From contig CAXXNF010000002.1 in assembly GCA_963666365.2 (NCBI GenBank), positions 2,080,001 to 2,144,000 on the forward strand: a stretch of 64,000 nucleotides of DNA, read 5' to 3'. This DNA comes from Syntrophales bacterium (GTDB taxonomy: Bacteria > Desulfobacterota > Syntrophia > Syntrophales > UBA2210). A program made the position numbers and the translations under genes. Within the stretch, counting starts at the first letter, position 1, and every line of letters starts with the position of its first letter. This document shows, piece after piece, positions 48,079-58,611 of the stretch. The notes under the pieces were generated by a model. It saw only the letters and a program-made list of their open reading frames with translations. It did not search any database and was not told the DNA's origin.

Positions 48079-48903
48079 CTATTTTATGAATGCGACCACA
48101 AAGGTGATAAGGGCAAGTGTCCAGCAGTAATAGGCGAAGGCACGCAATTTGCGCTTTGATATCACGAACAGAAGCAGTCTCAACGTTAAAAAGCCCGTGA
48201 TACATGCCACCACCATCGACACGCCGTAGATTATCATCGTCGCTGCGGGAACCATTGCGGCGTACCTCAGTTCAAGAATTGTCGCCCCCAGCACGGCGGG
48301 CATTGAAATAAGAAATGAAAAACGCGCCGCCGTTTCGCCCTTCAAGCCCCTGAATATTCCCACGGCAATTGTCGATCCCGATCTCGATATTCCGGGGATC
48401 AACGCCAAACCCTGAACCAGCCCGATGACTGCACCGTCGAAATACGTTATTTCACCTTCGTCCCGTCCACCTTTTTTGACCCTATCCGAAAAAAAGAGCA
48501 GAAATCCTGTGATCACCAGCATGACGCTTACGGTGCGCACCGATTGAAACAGATCATGAATTGCATCTTCGAAGGCAATACCAATGACGCCTGTCACAAT
48601 TGTGGCAATCACAATAGAAACAGCGAGAGTCCTCGCGGCCCTCACACTGACGAATTCGTTTCCTTCCGATCCCCCCCAAGTACGAGGCACAAGCGATTTC
48701 AGAATGGCGACGACCTCTTTGCGTAAAAAAAAGAGTACCGCCAGCAACGTTCCAAAGTGCAGCATCACATCAAAAAGGACTCCCGGTTGCTCGAATCCCT
48801 TAAAAAGGCTCTGCACAATCACCAGATGCCCTGAGCTGCTCACCGGAAGAAATTCCGTGAGCCCTTGCACAATTGCCAACACAATGCCTTCCCAAAGACT
48901 CAA
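48079..48903 (-). CDS. uppP: Undecaprenyl-diphosphatase
   Basis: QGLTEFLPVSSSGH, PGISRSG, ARFSFL. Confidence 0.96.
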   Translation of the reverse strand: MSLWEGIVLAIVQGLTEFLPVSSSGHLVIVQSLFKGFEQPGVLFDVMLHFGTLLAVLFFLRKEVVAILKSLVPRTWGGSEGNEFVSVRAARTLAVSIVIATIVTGVIGIAFEDAIHDLFQSVRTVSVMLVITGFLLFFSDRVKKGGRDEGEITYFDGAVIGLVQGLALIPGISRSGSTIAVGIFRGLKGETAARFSFLISMPAVLGATILELRYAAMVPAATMIIYGVSMVVACITGFLTLRLLLFVISKRKLRAFAYYCWTLALITFVVAFIK

Positions 48904-49153
48904 CTGTAAGGGGTCCTCTGTTTCGATGGTATCCGAGTGCGCCTTCGCTCGTTCTATGGTTTTTACTGGATCTTCCTGGTGAAGTCAACCGTTATCCATG
49001 GAGTTTGCAGGCATCCTTCCCTTCGATAAGAAACAATGCACTTCCTGCCCTGCACTGGGATAAAATTTTGCGGTACATTTGATTTGCCAAGAATCATTCG
49101 AACATGCTATAGTTCCACTATCAAATTCGGAAAATCAATGCTTGGGAGGGTTC

Positions 49154-49573
49154 ATGATCAACAAGGTCATTCTTGTCGGAAGGTTGGGTGCGGATCCTGA
49201 GGTACGGTACACCCAGGACGGCACCATGGTAACTAATCTGCGAATAGCCACAAGCGAGCAATGGAAAGACAAAAACGGCGAACGGGTGGAAAGGACCGAA
49301 TGGCATCGCGTGGTGACCTTTCGCCGACTTGCCGAAATATGCGGCAACTATCTGTCAAAAGGAAGTCTTGTCTACATCGAAGGAAGAATTCAAACAAGGG
49401 CCTGGGATGACAAAGAAGGCAATAAACGCTACACTACCGAAATTATCGCCTTAACGATGCAGATGCTGGACAGGAAGAGCCAGGATGGCAAGACCGGCGG
49501 CGGAGACGGAGACATGGAAAATATCACCCATGCCCCAGGACCCGACACCTACGAGGACGATGTCCCGTTCTGA
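49154..49573 (+). CDS. ssb: Single-stranded DNA-binding protein
   Basis: [20 protein letters not shown]-terminal DDVPF; ATG 49154 with GGAGG. Confidence 0.97.
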   Translation: MINKVILVGRLGADPEVRYTQDGTMVTNLRIATSEQWKDKNGERVERTEWHRVVTFRRLAEICGNYLSKGSLVYIEGRIQTRAWDDKEGNKRYTTEIIALTMQMLDRKSQDGKTGGGDGDMENITHAPGPDTYEDDVPF

Positions 49574-49576
49574 GCA

Positions 49577-49771
49577 TTATTTCTTCTCTTCAATCTTTTC
49601 TGAATCCTTTGCCTTTGACTCCGGGAGGTCATCCTGCTCCTGAAAAGATTTTTTGAAGTTCTTTATTCCTTTGCCGACGGCGCCCCCTATTTCAGGAAGT
49701 TTGCCGGCGCCGAATATGATAAGGATTATTACCAGAATAATCAGTAATTCGGGCATTCCGATTCCAAACAT
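49577..49771 (-). CDS. tatA: Twin-arginine translocase subunit TatA/E
   Basis: [32 protein letters not shown]. Confidence 0.95.
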   Translation of the reverse strand: MFGIGMPELLIILVIILIIFGAGKLPEIGGAVGKGIKNFKKSFQEQDDLPESKAKDSEKIEEKK

Positions 49772-49879
49772 TTGATTTCACCTCATGCCATAAGGGGCGC
49801 TCCCCTTTTAAAAGTTGCCGACTCAAAAAAAGTCAGTGAGAAAATCTAATTCATTCTTCAAGGTATGTCAAACAGATCT

Positions 49880-50926
49880 TTATCGCGTCTTCACATCGTC
49901 AGGAAGGGTCAAAAAGACAACCTCCCCCTTTTTGCCAAGAACCCCCAGCGACTTCCCCTGAAATTGCACCTCAACGCCGCCTGCGTTTCCCACAATGATA
50001 TCGAATTTTTTATCCCCATCCCTTGTCACGGTTTCCCCTGCCTTTAAAAACAATTCCTCCGGAAGTTCGCTGTCCTTTATAATTTGAACCCATGACAGGT
50101 CAGTGGCGCGTATTTCCACAGTCATTTTTGACGGGACCTCGGCAGCACTCTCCGTTGTCGCTGTCCTTGATTGGCCGGACAACTCTTCCGCCGCCTTGAC
50201 GTCAGTTCCTTCAGGACTATCCTCACCGGGGGTTGCATCGGCGGTTTCACCCTTTTTCTGTAATCTGTCCTCATTGCCTGATTCAGTTTTCTTTTCTTCA
50301 GCGGGCAGCGCGTGGGTTTTTTCCGCTTCAGCCGGCGCTTTCTTTTCTTGTTTTAAAGGTTCGGAAACTCTCAAGTTTTGAGGTACATTGGGGATATCAA
50401 TTTTTTCAGCAGGCGTTCCTCCTCTGAATTTATCAAAAAGGAGGGTGATACTTTGCAACTGTTCCAACCAACCACGTTCTTTCGCTCCCCGGTTGTCCTG
50501 ATGCATAAAATAGAAGACGGCAAAAGAAAGAACACAGACGAAAAGCACTATTAAAAGAACCAATCGCCGATGAGAAGGCCTTCCCTTTTCTTCCGGAGAG
50601 GGCTCGGAAACCAGCTCATTCAGCTGACTTTCAGCAAGATACGTTTCATATCCGGCAAGTATCTCCTCACTGTCTATGTTGAGAGCGCGGGCGTAGGCCT
50701 TTAAAAAGGCTCTTGTATACACAGGTTCAGGGAGCCTGTGAAAATCTCCCGTTTCGATCGCCTCAATCATTGAGGGGCTGAGCTTCGTTTTTTCGATAAT
50801 GCTCCTGAGGCTTACACCTCGAGATTCTCTGAGCTCCTTCAAGCGCTTTGCAGGTTCCTTTTTCTCATTCTTCTCTATTTCGGGATCAATAGACGTCCTG
50901 TGTTCTTCCATGTTGAAAAATACCAT
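49880..50926 (-). CDS. rodZ: RodZ-like protein (HTH, TM, DUF4115)
   Basis: LKELRESRG..IETGDFHRLP..YTRAFLKAYA; TM helix; SWVQI...GNAGGV. Confidence 0.85.
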   Translation of the reverse strand: MVFFNMEEHRTSIDPEIEKNEKKEPAKRLKELRESRGVSLRSIIEKTKLSPSMIEAIETGDFHRLPEPVYTRAFLKAYARALNIDSEEILAGYETYLAESQLNELVSEPSPEEKGRPSHRRLVLLIVLFVCVLSFAVFYFMHQDNRGAKERGWLEQLQSITLLFDKFRGGTPAEKIDIPNVPQNLRVSEPLKQEKKAPAEAEKTHALPAEEKKTESGNEDRLQKKGETADATPGEDSPEGTDVKAAEELSGQSRTATTESAAEVPSKMTVEIRATDLSWVQIIKDSELPEELFLKAGETVTRDGDKKFDIIVGNAGGVEVQFQGKSLGVLGKKGEVVFLTLPDDVKTR

Positions 50927-51047
50927 TTTAGTAAAATTTAGAAAGGCTTAGCACTTATTGAATCATAAAACAACATAAATCGTCTCGTTTTTTGGCTTCA
51001 TTAATGATAAGAAATCAGCATATCATGTGAAGGAAAGGCAATAACCA

Positions 51048-51848
51048 ATGAAGGATCTGAAAGATTTTACCGTTTCGATTGCACGCGAGGCGGGAGCGCT
51101 CCTCAAGTCACGATTCAATGACAGGCACACTATAGATTTTAAAGGTGAAATCGATATTGTGACAGAGGCGGACCGGCTCTCCGAAGACCTGCTGGTCGCA
51201 AGAATCAGTAAGGCCTTTCCCCACCATGACATCATGGCGGAAGAATCGGCTGCAACAAAACGGGGCGCCCATTCGCGATGGATCATCGATCCTCTCGACG
51301 GAACCACCAATTATGCCCACGGGTTCCCCTTTTTCTGCGTGTCCCTTGCCCTTGAAGAACGCGGTGTGGTGGAACTTGGTGTCATCTATAATCCCATCAT
51401 GGATGAGATTTTTGTGGCCCGACGCGGGCAAGAGGCCACCCTCAACGGCTTGGCCCTCAAAGTATCCGACACGACGTCACTGGGTCACAGCCTTCTTGCA
51501 ACGGGGTTTCCCTATGATATACGCGTCAACCCCGACAACAATATCGCCTATTTTATAGAAATGGCGCTTCGGGCACGGGCTATCCGGCGGGCCGGATCGG
51601 CAGCGCTGGACCTGGCGTATGTTGCGGCGGGAAGATTCGACGGATTTTGGGAGCTGAGGCTCCACCCCTGGGATATCGCGGCCGGCCAACTGCTTGTTAA
51701 GGAAGCAGGCGGACTCGTTACCGATAGTGAAGGTAACGAGTCCTCTCTTGACGCACCCGTCATTGTAGCGTCTAACGGTAAAATCCATTATGAGATAATA
51801 AAAGTGCTGAAGGGAACGAATCCTCGGCATGAGTTCAGCCACAGGTAG
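51048..51848 (+). CDS. suhB: Inositol monophosphatase family protein
   Basis: VTEAD, AEE, WIIDPLDGTTNY, RRAGSAALDL, WDIAAG. Confidence 0.92.
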   Translation: MKDLKDFTVSIAREAGALLKSRFNDRHTIDFKGEIDIVTEADRLSEDLLVARISKAFPHHDIMAEESAATKRGAHSRWIIDPLDGTTNYAHGFPFFCVSLALEERGVVELGVIYNPIMDEIFVARRGQEATLNGLALKVSDTTSLGHSLLATGFPYDIRVNPDNNIAYFIEMALRARAIRRAGSAALDLAYVAAGRFDGFWELRLHPWDIAAGQLLVKEAGGLVTDSEGNESSLDAPVIVASNGKIHYEIIKVLKGTNPRHEFSHR

Positions 51849-51924
51849 AATCGCCGCTATAAACGGAGAAGCGAGATCAGACAGCAATTTGAAATATCGC
51901 AGCTGACAAAAGGAGGATCTGTCG

Positions 51925-52179
51925 GTGACACAATCAGTAAAACTTTACAGCTTAAGCACATGCAGTCACTGCAAAGCCGCAAAGAAATTCCTGAGTGACC
52001 ATAATATTCAGTATGAATTCATCGATGTCGATCTGTTGGATACGCTGGAAAGGGCATCGGCAATTGCCGATGTGCGCGCACTGAATCCGGAGTGCACCTT
52101 TCCCACGATCCTCATTGGAGAAAAGGTGATCGCAGGAAACAGAGAAGACGCCATAAGAGAGGCGCTGGGATTGATATGA
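51925..52179 (+). CDS. Glutaredoxin-like (NrdH-type) protein
   Basis: LYSLSTCSHC, NP..TFPT; GTG start with AGGAGG. Confidence 0.88.
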   Translation: MTQSVKLYSLSTCSHCKAAKKFLSDHNIQYEFIDVDLLDTLERASAIADVRALNPECTFPTILIGEKVIAGNREDAIREALGLI

Positions 52180-52200
52180 AACCGGCGCGACAGGCGCCTG

Positions 52201-52491
52201 TCAGTCGAAATTTTTTTCATCTTCAACGTGAAGCTTGTGCATTTTGCTGTGGAGGGTATTGCGGTTTATCCCCAGAAATTGCGCCGCAGCTGTTTTCACG
52301 TTGTTTGATCTCTTCAATGCAATTCGAATAAGAATTCTCTCAACCATTGAAAGAATGTCTTCATAGACTGCACTCTTGCACGGCGCTTCCGAACTGAGTA
52401 TCGTCACAATTTCCTCAAGTCTGCGCTCTATGATGCTTTCAACGTTGGGAAATGAGGCGATACTGATATCTTCCCTTTCCTGGGCATTCAT
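52201..52491 (-). CDS. Stand-alone Fis-family HTH protein
   Basis: VERILIRIAL..NVKTAAAQFLGINRNTL. Confidence 0.85.
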   Translation of the reverse strand: MNAQEREDISIASFPNVESIIERRLEEIVTILSSEAPCKSAVYEDILSMVERILIRIALKRSNNVKTAAAQFLGINRNTLHSKMHKLHVEDEKNFD

Positions 52492-52653
52492 AGCTTTTCA
52501 CACCGATCCTTTCATGCAATGCTAATCCAACAGTAATTATGAGCGCACCTGCGGATAAATCTCAGCACGTTGCCTTTGACGTAAAGCTTCTCCGAAGGAT
52601 CATCTTCAACATATCGGCTCTTAACTCGAAGAAGACCGGACAGAGCTTCACAG

Positions 52654-53214
52654 TCAATGAATAAGTTTGAAATACACGACTCCCGCCAGAAGGAGTGCCG
52701 CAATCCAGGTCGCCACCACATCGGCGACCCTCTTCACCGGATTTTGAAAAAGTTCTCGAACCCCCCCCTCGACCTTGTCACCTTCTACTCCTTCCACCTT
52801 AACACTCTCCACTCCTTCAACAACATCGCCAACGAGCGCCGTAAAATTGCCAAAGGCGTTTGAAATGATATGGAAGCCCTTCGTAGAAGTCAGCAGCAAA
52901 TACACTTTCTTGCGCACAATCATGGAACCGACGTGAGTAATGTCACCCCACTGCAATTCCTTTTTTCTCAAAAACTTTTTTATCACAACCCCTTCCGGTG
53001 TAATAATCGCTTCTCGAAAAAGTGCTTCAAAAAAGAGCCAGGCTAAAGGGACAAATACAATAACCAGCACAATTGTTTCCTGAGGGGCGCCTCCGATCGC
53101 GAGGGATATTATGATAAGCACGAACAGCAGCGCCATGTCAACGGCAAAGGGGATTAAAAAACTTTTTCTTGTTTTATAGGTGCGTGTCGACAGTTCCCCG
53201 ACTGAATCTTCCAT
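52654..53214 (-). CDS. Hypothetical membrane protein (possible bacterial PH-like domain)
   Basis: Two N-terminal TM helices, soluble beta region (ITPEGVVIKK..LQWGDI), C-terminal TM helix. Confidence 0.65.
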   Translation of the reverse strand: MEDSVGELSTRTYKTRKSFLIPFAVDMALLFVLIIISLAIGGAPQETIVLVIVFVPLAWLFFEALFREAIITPEGVVIKKFLRKKELQWGDITHVGSMIVRKKVYLLLTSTKGFHIISNAFGNFTALVGDVVEGVESVKVEGVEGDKVEGGVRELFQNPVKRVADVVATWIAALLLAGVVYFKLIH

Positions 53215-53358
53215 TTAATAGGACCCTTAAATTATTGGATGACCTGGCATATACCATTCGGCACATCGCAATGTTACCGTCGGTAAAATTTCTCTTTCCG
53301 TGAAATTTGAAAGGTTACAGCCCCGAGCAAGCGACTCTGTGCGCGAAACGACCGCTTT

Positions 53359-53841
53359 TTATTCTGTTCTTTCAAAGGTTCCGCTTTTACCGCCGCTCTT
53401 TTTCATCAGTCTTACATCGGCAATCACTATTTCCCTGTCGGCAGACTTGCACATATCATACACGGCGAGCGCGGCAACAGTTACCGCCGTCATGGCCTCC
53501 ATCTCGACACCCGTTCTTCCCACCGTCTTTACCGTGGCATCTATCGTGATCTGCCCCTTTGCACTGTCGCTTTCAAAAGTGATTTCAATGCCTGTCAGCT
53601 CCAGCGGATGACACATGGGGATGAGATCGCTTGTTCGCTTCGCCCCCATTATGCCGGCAATCTTTGCCACGCCGAACACGTCGCCCTTCAGCACCGCTCC
53701 CTCTTCAATCACCCTTACGGTATCAGGCTTCATTAAAAGTCGGCCCCGCGCAACGGCCTCCCGCACAGTGGCGCCCTTCCCTGTCACATCGACCATTCGT
53801 GATCCGCCGCCGTATTCATCAATGTGAGTAAACCGCTTCAT
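53359..53841 (-). CDS. moaC: Cyclic pyranopterin monophosphate synthase
   Basis: RMVDV, KGDV, LIPMCHPL, TGVEMEA, YDMCK, KSGGKSG. Confidence 0.97.
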   Translation of the reverse strand: MKRFTHIDEYGGGSRMVDVTGKGATVREAVARGRLLMKPDTVRVIEEGAVLKGDVFGVAKIAGIMGAKRTSDLIPMCHPLELTGIEITFESDSAKGQITIDATVKTVGRTGVEMEAMTAVTVAALAVYDMCKSADREIVIADVRLMKKSGGKSGTFERTE

Positions 53842-53948
53842 CCTGTTCGCGTCATCCTGCTATCGGGGTTGTGTACTGATTGAGGGTTAGAAATGTAACA
53901 CAGCGGCTTCCCTTCGTCAAGATGATTGAAGAGAAGAATGGCCTACGC

Positions 53949-54758
53949 TCACTCCAGGGCAATGAGCTTTGAAGTTACTGATGTGCCGTAAAATATTCGG
54001 GCAAGCCGGTCGAACTTGTCACAATCATCGGTAGTAAAAAAAACTCTTTCACCCCGACGGGTGACTTTTTTTTCCATTTCCCCGTGCCGTCGGAAATAGT
54101 CTTTCAGCTTCTGTGCCACGATGGGCCCCTGATCGATAAGGGCAACCCCTGCAGGAAGGTGACGTTCAATCGTCCTCTTCAGAATCGGATAATGGGTACA
54201 GGCAAGAAGAATAGCATCAATGGAACCATTGTGTGCAAACAGTCGTTCCAGATAATCCGCCACGGCCACATCTGCTATGTGTCGGTCCTGCTCGCCTGCC
54301 TCGACAATGGGCACAAGCAGCGGGCATGCCTGCTGCACGATGGCTATGGCGGGATCGAGCTTGCCGATTTCCGCAAGATAGGCCCCGGACGCAACAACCC
54401 CTTCAGTAGCAAGAATCCCTACCGATCGGCAGCCGCCCTCTACAATCGCCTCCGCTGCAGGGCGCACGACACCGAGCACGCGGCGCTCGGGAAAGGCCTC
54501 CGGCAGATATTCCTGCTGAATTCTCCTCAACGCATTCGCCGATGCGGTGTTACACGCAACGATAATAAGCGGACATCCTCTGCGAAACAAAAAATCAACA
54601 GCCTGTCTGGTAAACTCGTACACCCGGTCGGCTGAACGGTTTCCATAAGGCACCCGAGCACTGTCTCCCAGATAAAGATAATCGTACTGCGGCAATAGTG
54701 CAACCACGCACTTCATTACTGTGAGCCCGCCAAAACCGGAGTCGAAAAAACCTATCAC
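53949..54758 (-). CDS. murI: Glutamate racemase
   Basis: FFDSGFGGL, PYG, ACNTAS, LACTHYP; GTG start 54758 after GGAGG. Confidence 0.95.
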   Translation of the reverse strand: MIGFFDSGFGGLTVMKCVVALLPQYDYLYLGDSARVPYGNRSADRVYEFTRQAVDFLFRRGCPLIIVACNTASANALRRIQQEYLPEAFPERRVLGVVRPAAEAIVEGGCRSVGILATEGVVASGAYLAEIGKLDPAIAIVQQACPLLVPIVEAGEQDRHIADVAVADYLERLFAHNGSIDAILLACTHYPILKRTIERHLPAGVALIDQGPIVAQKLKDYFRRHGEMEKKVTRRGERVFFTTDDCDKFDRLARIFYGTSVTSKLIALE

Positions 54759-54913
54759 CGCTCGTGTCCTTCCTCCGTCATATGCACGTGGATAGATGTG
54801 CGGAAAATTAATTCGGCAAGTGTAGCAGCTTGCCTGTCCCATTCTCAACAAAATTCTTGCCATTATGACGCCGATCCCATAGAATCAGCCGCGCACAAGG
54901 GGGGAGTGCGAGA

Positions 54914-56443
54914 ATGATTGTAAAGGTGGCCACAGGCGCCATAGTCGGCATAGATTCCTGTCCAGTTGATGTTGAAGTGGATGTCTCTTCGCAGGGACTT
55001 CCCCAGTTTTCCACAGTAGGTCTGCCCGATGCGACCGTAAAAGAGAGCAAGGATCGGGTCAAGTCGGCGATCAAAAATTCGGGATATTTATTTCCCAAAC
55101 ATCGGGTGACGGTCAACCTGGCGCCGGCGGATCTCAAAAAAGAAGGGGCTTCCTTTGATCTCCCCATAGCCGTGGGAATACTTGCGGCCCAATCGATTGT
55201 CAACGCAAATAATCTTTACAATTATAGTATCATAGGGGAATTATCCCTTGATGGAAGTGTAAAACCGGTAAACGGCGCCCTGTCCGCCGCCCATCAGGCA
55301 AAGCAAGACGGACTCAAGGGCCTGGTGCTGCCACGTCAAAACGCCCGTGAAGCGGCCATGATTGATTCCATCGATGTCATCGCCGTCGACAATCTCTGGG
55401 AAGTGGTAGAGTTTTTAAACGAAACCCGACCCATCGAACCGACCGCCATTGATGCGTCGGAACATTTTTGTCAAAGCCTCACCTACCCCTTCGATTTCAA
55501 CGAGGTGGGAGGACAGGCGCAGGCAAAACGGGCCCTCGAGGTCGCCGCGGCAGGCAATCACAACATCCTGATGATCGGTCCGCCGGGATCGGGAAAGACC
55601 ATGCTGGCGCAACGCCTGGTCACGATTCTTCCATCCCCTTCTTTTGAAGAGGCCATAGAAACCACAAAGATACACTCCGTCGCCGGCATTCGTGATAATG
55701 AACAGGCACTCATGGAAAGGCGCCCCTTTCGCGCACCCCATCATTCCGTTTCAGATGCGGGACTGGTGGGGGGTGGACATGTTCCCCGGCCGGGGGAGAT
55801 AAGTCTCGCCCACAACGGGGTGCTTTTTCTCGATGAACTTCCCGAATTCAAAAGAAACGTGCTGGAACTGTTGCGGCAGCCCCTTGAAGAGGGCGCAGTA
55901 ACGATTACCCGCGCCTCCGCCACGGCGCGTTACCCGGCGCGCTTCATGCTTGTGGCGGCGATGAACCCCTGTCCCTGCGGATATTTCACCGACCCTCATC
56001 ATACATGCCGCTGCACTCCCCAGCAAATCCGTCAATATCGGGCGAAAATATCGGGACCCCTCCTCGATCGGATTGATATCCACATCGAGGTGCCGTCAAT
56101 TCGATACCGGGATTTGGCAACCACAGGCGACAATGAATCTTCGGATTTGATAAAAGGCCGGGTGGAACGGGCCCGGTCGATTCAAAATACCCGCCTGGAA
56201 AACGGCAGCGGGTGCAATGCCCACATGACCAATCGGCAGATACGGACACATTGCGTCCTGGACGGACAATCGAAGCAACTGATAGAAATGGCCATAGATC
56301 GTCTGGGTCTCTCCGCCCGGGCTTACACCAAAATAGCAAAGGTGGCCCGCACTATTGCCGATCTTGAAGGTGAAAAAGCAATCGCGCCTCACCATGTTTC
56401 AGAGGCAATACAGTACAGAAATCTTGATAGAATTGTCATTTAG
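54914..56443 (+). CDS. comM: YifB/ComM Mg-chelatase-like AAA+ ATPase
   Basis: VGLPD..KES, NLAPAD..K.G..FDLP, GPPGSGKT, FRAPHH, NPCPCG, ARTIADL. Confidence 0.92.
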   Translation: MIVKVATGAIVGIDSCPVDVEVDVSSQGLPQFSTVGLPDATVKESKDRVKSAIKNSGYLFPKHRVTVNLAPADLKKEGASFDLPIAVGILAAQSIVNANNLYNYSIIGELSLDGSVKPVNGALSAAHQAKQDGLKGLVLPRQNAREAAMIDSIDVIAVDNLWEVVEFLNETRPIEPTAIDASEHFCQSLTYPFDFNEVGGQAQAKRALEVAAAGNHNILMIGPPGSGKTMLAQRLVTILPSPSFEEAIETTKIHSVAGIRDNEQALMERRPFRAPHHSVSDAGLVGGGHVPRPGEISLAHNGVLFLDELPEFKRNVLELLRQPLEEGAVTITRASATARYPARFMLVAAMNPCPCGYFTDPHHTCRCTPQQIRQYRAKISGPLLDRIDIHIEVPSIRYRDLATTGDNESSDLIKGRVERARSIQNTRLENGSGCNAHMTNRQIRTHCVLDGQSKQLIEMAIDRLGLSARAYTKIAKVARTIADLEGEKAIAPHHVSEAIQYRNLDRIVI

Positions 56444-56513
56444 TGCTACACAAATCAAGTTTATTCATACCTTCGATCAGCTAAAATTTCTACCTGAAGA
56501 GAGGAACATAGTC

Positions 56514-57590
56514 ATGAAAATAAAAATAACTCAAATCGCCCCGGATTGGATGAAAACAAAGCCTGCAGATGAGTCGACCCTCGGGTTCGGCAAAAGACAG
56601 ACCGATCACATGTTCATCATGCATTATACGGAAGGAACGGGGTGGCATGATGCCGAAATCATTCCTTACGGCCCGCTTACGCTGGATCCGGCAACCATGT
56701 GCCTTCACTACGGACAGGAAATTTTCGAAGGCATGAAGGCCTATCGGGGTAAAGACAATTCCATCTATCTTTTCAGACCGATGGAAAACATCAAAAGGAT
56801 GAACGTGTCGGCCGAACGTCTCTGTATGCCCTCCATCAATCCGGAGCTGTTCATGGATGCGGTGAAAAAACTGGTGCTTCTCGAAAAAGACTGGATACCC
56901 CGCGGTCAGGGAACAGCGCTCTACATCCGACCGACGATGATCGCCTCGGAAGTCGCCCTGGGGGTGCATCCCGCTAACGCCTTCATCTTTTTTATCATTG
57001 TCGGGCCCGTGGGCGCCTATTATCCAGAAGGATTCAGCCCCACGAAAATATACGTGAGCGACAAGTACGTCCGCGCCTGTCCCGGCGGTGTGGGAAACTG
57101 CAAGGCGGGAGGAAACTATGCGGCAAGCCTCTACGCCAGCAGAGAGGCCAGCAGCATGGGATATACCCAGGTGCTCTGGCTCGATGCCATAGAGCGCCGC
57201 TATATCGAAGAGGTGGGGACAAGCAACATCTTTGTCGTCATCGACGGCGTGCTCATTACCCCGCCATTGGGAGGAAGCATCCTTCCGGGCATTACACGCG
57301 ACTCTGTGATTCAACTTGCCCGTTCATGGGGTCAGCCCGTTGAGGAACGGCAGGTCTCAATGGACGAAATGCTGGAAGCCCAGGGAAAAGGGACGTTGAC
57401 TGAAGTATTCGCCTCGGGAACAGCAGCCATTGTGTCCCCGGTAGGAATGGTTCACTTCAGGGGAAAGGAGTATCCCATCAATGAAGGCCGCATCGGATCG
57501 CTGACGGAGCGTCTTTACAACGAAATACTCCAAATTCAGTATGGTGAGAAGGAAGATCCCTTCGGATGGCGGGTAAAGATATCCTCATAG
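56514..57590 (+). CDS. ilvE: Branched-chain amino acid aminotransferase
   Basis: LHYGQEIFEGMKAY, LYIRP, KAGGNYAAS, ILPGITRDS, GTAA; start ATG 56514. Confidence 0.95.
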   Translation: MKIKITQIAPDWMKTKPADESTLGFGKRQTDHMFIMHYTEGTGWHDAEIIPYGPLTLDPATMCLHYGQEIFEGMKAYRGKDNSIYLFRPMENIKRMNVSAERLCMPSINPELFMDAVKKLVLLEKDWIPRGQGTALYIRPTMIASEVALGVHPANAFIFFIIVGPVGAYYPEGFSPTKIYVSDKYVRACPGGVGNCKAGGNYAASLYASREASSMGYTQVLWLDAIERRYIEEVGTSNIFVVIDGVLITPPLGGSILPGITRDSVIQLARSWGQPVEERQVSMDEMLEAQGKGTLTEVFASGTAAIVSPVGMVHFRGKEYPINEGRIGSLTERLYNEILQIQYGEKEDPFGWRVKISS

Positions 57591-57597
57591 GACATCC

Positions 57598-57640
57598 TCA
57601 TCCACAACCCTGTTGACAGGGTTGTGGATTACCCTGTGGG
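57598..57640. promoter_or_regulatory. 14-bp perfect hairpin carrying DnaA-box-like motifs
   Basis: ATCCACAACCCTGT-tg-ACAGGGTTGTGGAT (57600-57629); TCATCCACA and TGTGGATTA are each one mismatch from TTATCCACA. Confidence 0.45.
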
Positions 57641-57760
57641 CATCTCATGTAAGTTCGCTCGGGAAGATGGATTATTGCTGATTGCATATACTTTAAGCAT
57701 ACAGCAATAATCAATATTATCAGTTACATATGGCTTAATTCACTAATTTTGGCGGTTATT

Positions 57761-58441
57761 ATGCCCTCATGCCCGGTAAAATATCTACTTATCCTCTTCC
57801 TCGCGGCCTCCCTGGTGCTGCTCTGCGGAAACAGGGCGTTCTCCAAAGATGAATCCCTGGACGACCTGATCGCAAAGGTACAGAATCTCTACGACAGCAT
57901 ACAGGATTTTCGGGTTTCATTTATACATAACGTGCCGGTAAAAATAACGGGAACAACACTGACGGAGCGAGGGATATTCTATTACAAGAAGCCGAAACGG
58001 ATGCGCTGGGACTATTCGGAACCTCCGGGCAAACTGCTGATCGTCAATCCGGATTTCATGTGGTTTTATGTGCCGGAAGACAATCGGGTCTATATCCAGA
58101 AAACCGACACCGCCCTTAAATCACAGCTTGCGGTAAAATTCCTGACAGGCCTGGGAACCCTGAAAGATGATTTCACTATGTCCTTTGCCGATCCTTCCCC
58201 GACTGACGACAAGGGGAATTATTTCATCACCCTCAGGCCGAAAGAACAGACCGGCGGCATTCAGGATCTTACACTCACGATCGACAGAGACAACTACTAC
58301 ATAACAGGCTACAGGCTTACCGACATGTACGGCAGCAAAAACAGCTATTTCTTTCAGGACATCACCATAAACAACAACCCGACAGAGGACCTTTTTCACT
58401 ACGACCCGCCACCGGGGGTAAAAGTGGAAACCCTTCCCTGA
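57761..58441 (+). CDS. lolA: Outer-membrane lipoprotein carrier protein
   Basis: Signal peptide, G.FYYKKP.RMRWDY.EP, W.YVPE, F.YDPPPGV. Confidence 0.88.
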   Translation: MPSCPVKYLLILFLAASLVLLCGNRAFSKDESLDDLIAKVQNLYDSIQDFRVSFIHNVPVKITGTTLTERGIFYYKKPKRMRWDYSEPPGKLLIVNPDFMWFYVPEDNRVYIQKTDTALKSQLAVKFLTGLGTLKDDFTMSFADPSPTDDKGNYFITLRPKEQTGGIQDLTLTIDRDNYYITGYRLTDMYGSKNSYFFQDITINNNPTEDLFHYDPPPGVKVETLP

Positions 58442-58611
58442 CCGGGACATGAACGCCTGTGGGGACGGACAGCCCCTCACTCCATGGCGTACTGCTCGCT
58501 CCTGCTGAAAAGTATGGTTTATCGCACTGCGGATTCGGATTGCAAATACTGGACTGTAATAAAGAAACTGCAGAAACTGAACAATTATATGGCGAAGAAA
58601 GGACTGCGGCT

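Noticed and set aside
49154..56443. Prophage, ICE or defence island suggested by ssb, ftsK and comM
   Set aside because: These look like the chromosomal housekeeping versions, comM is uninterrupted, and no integrase, relaxase or phage structural genes are present
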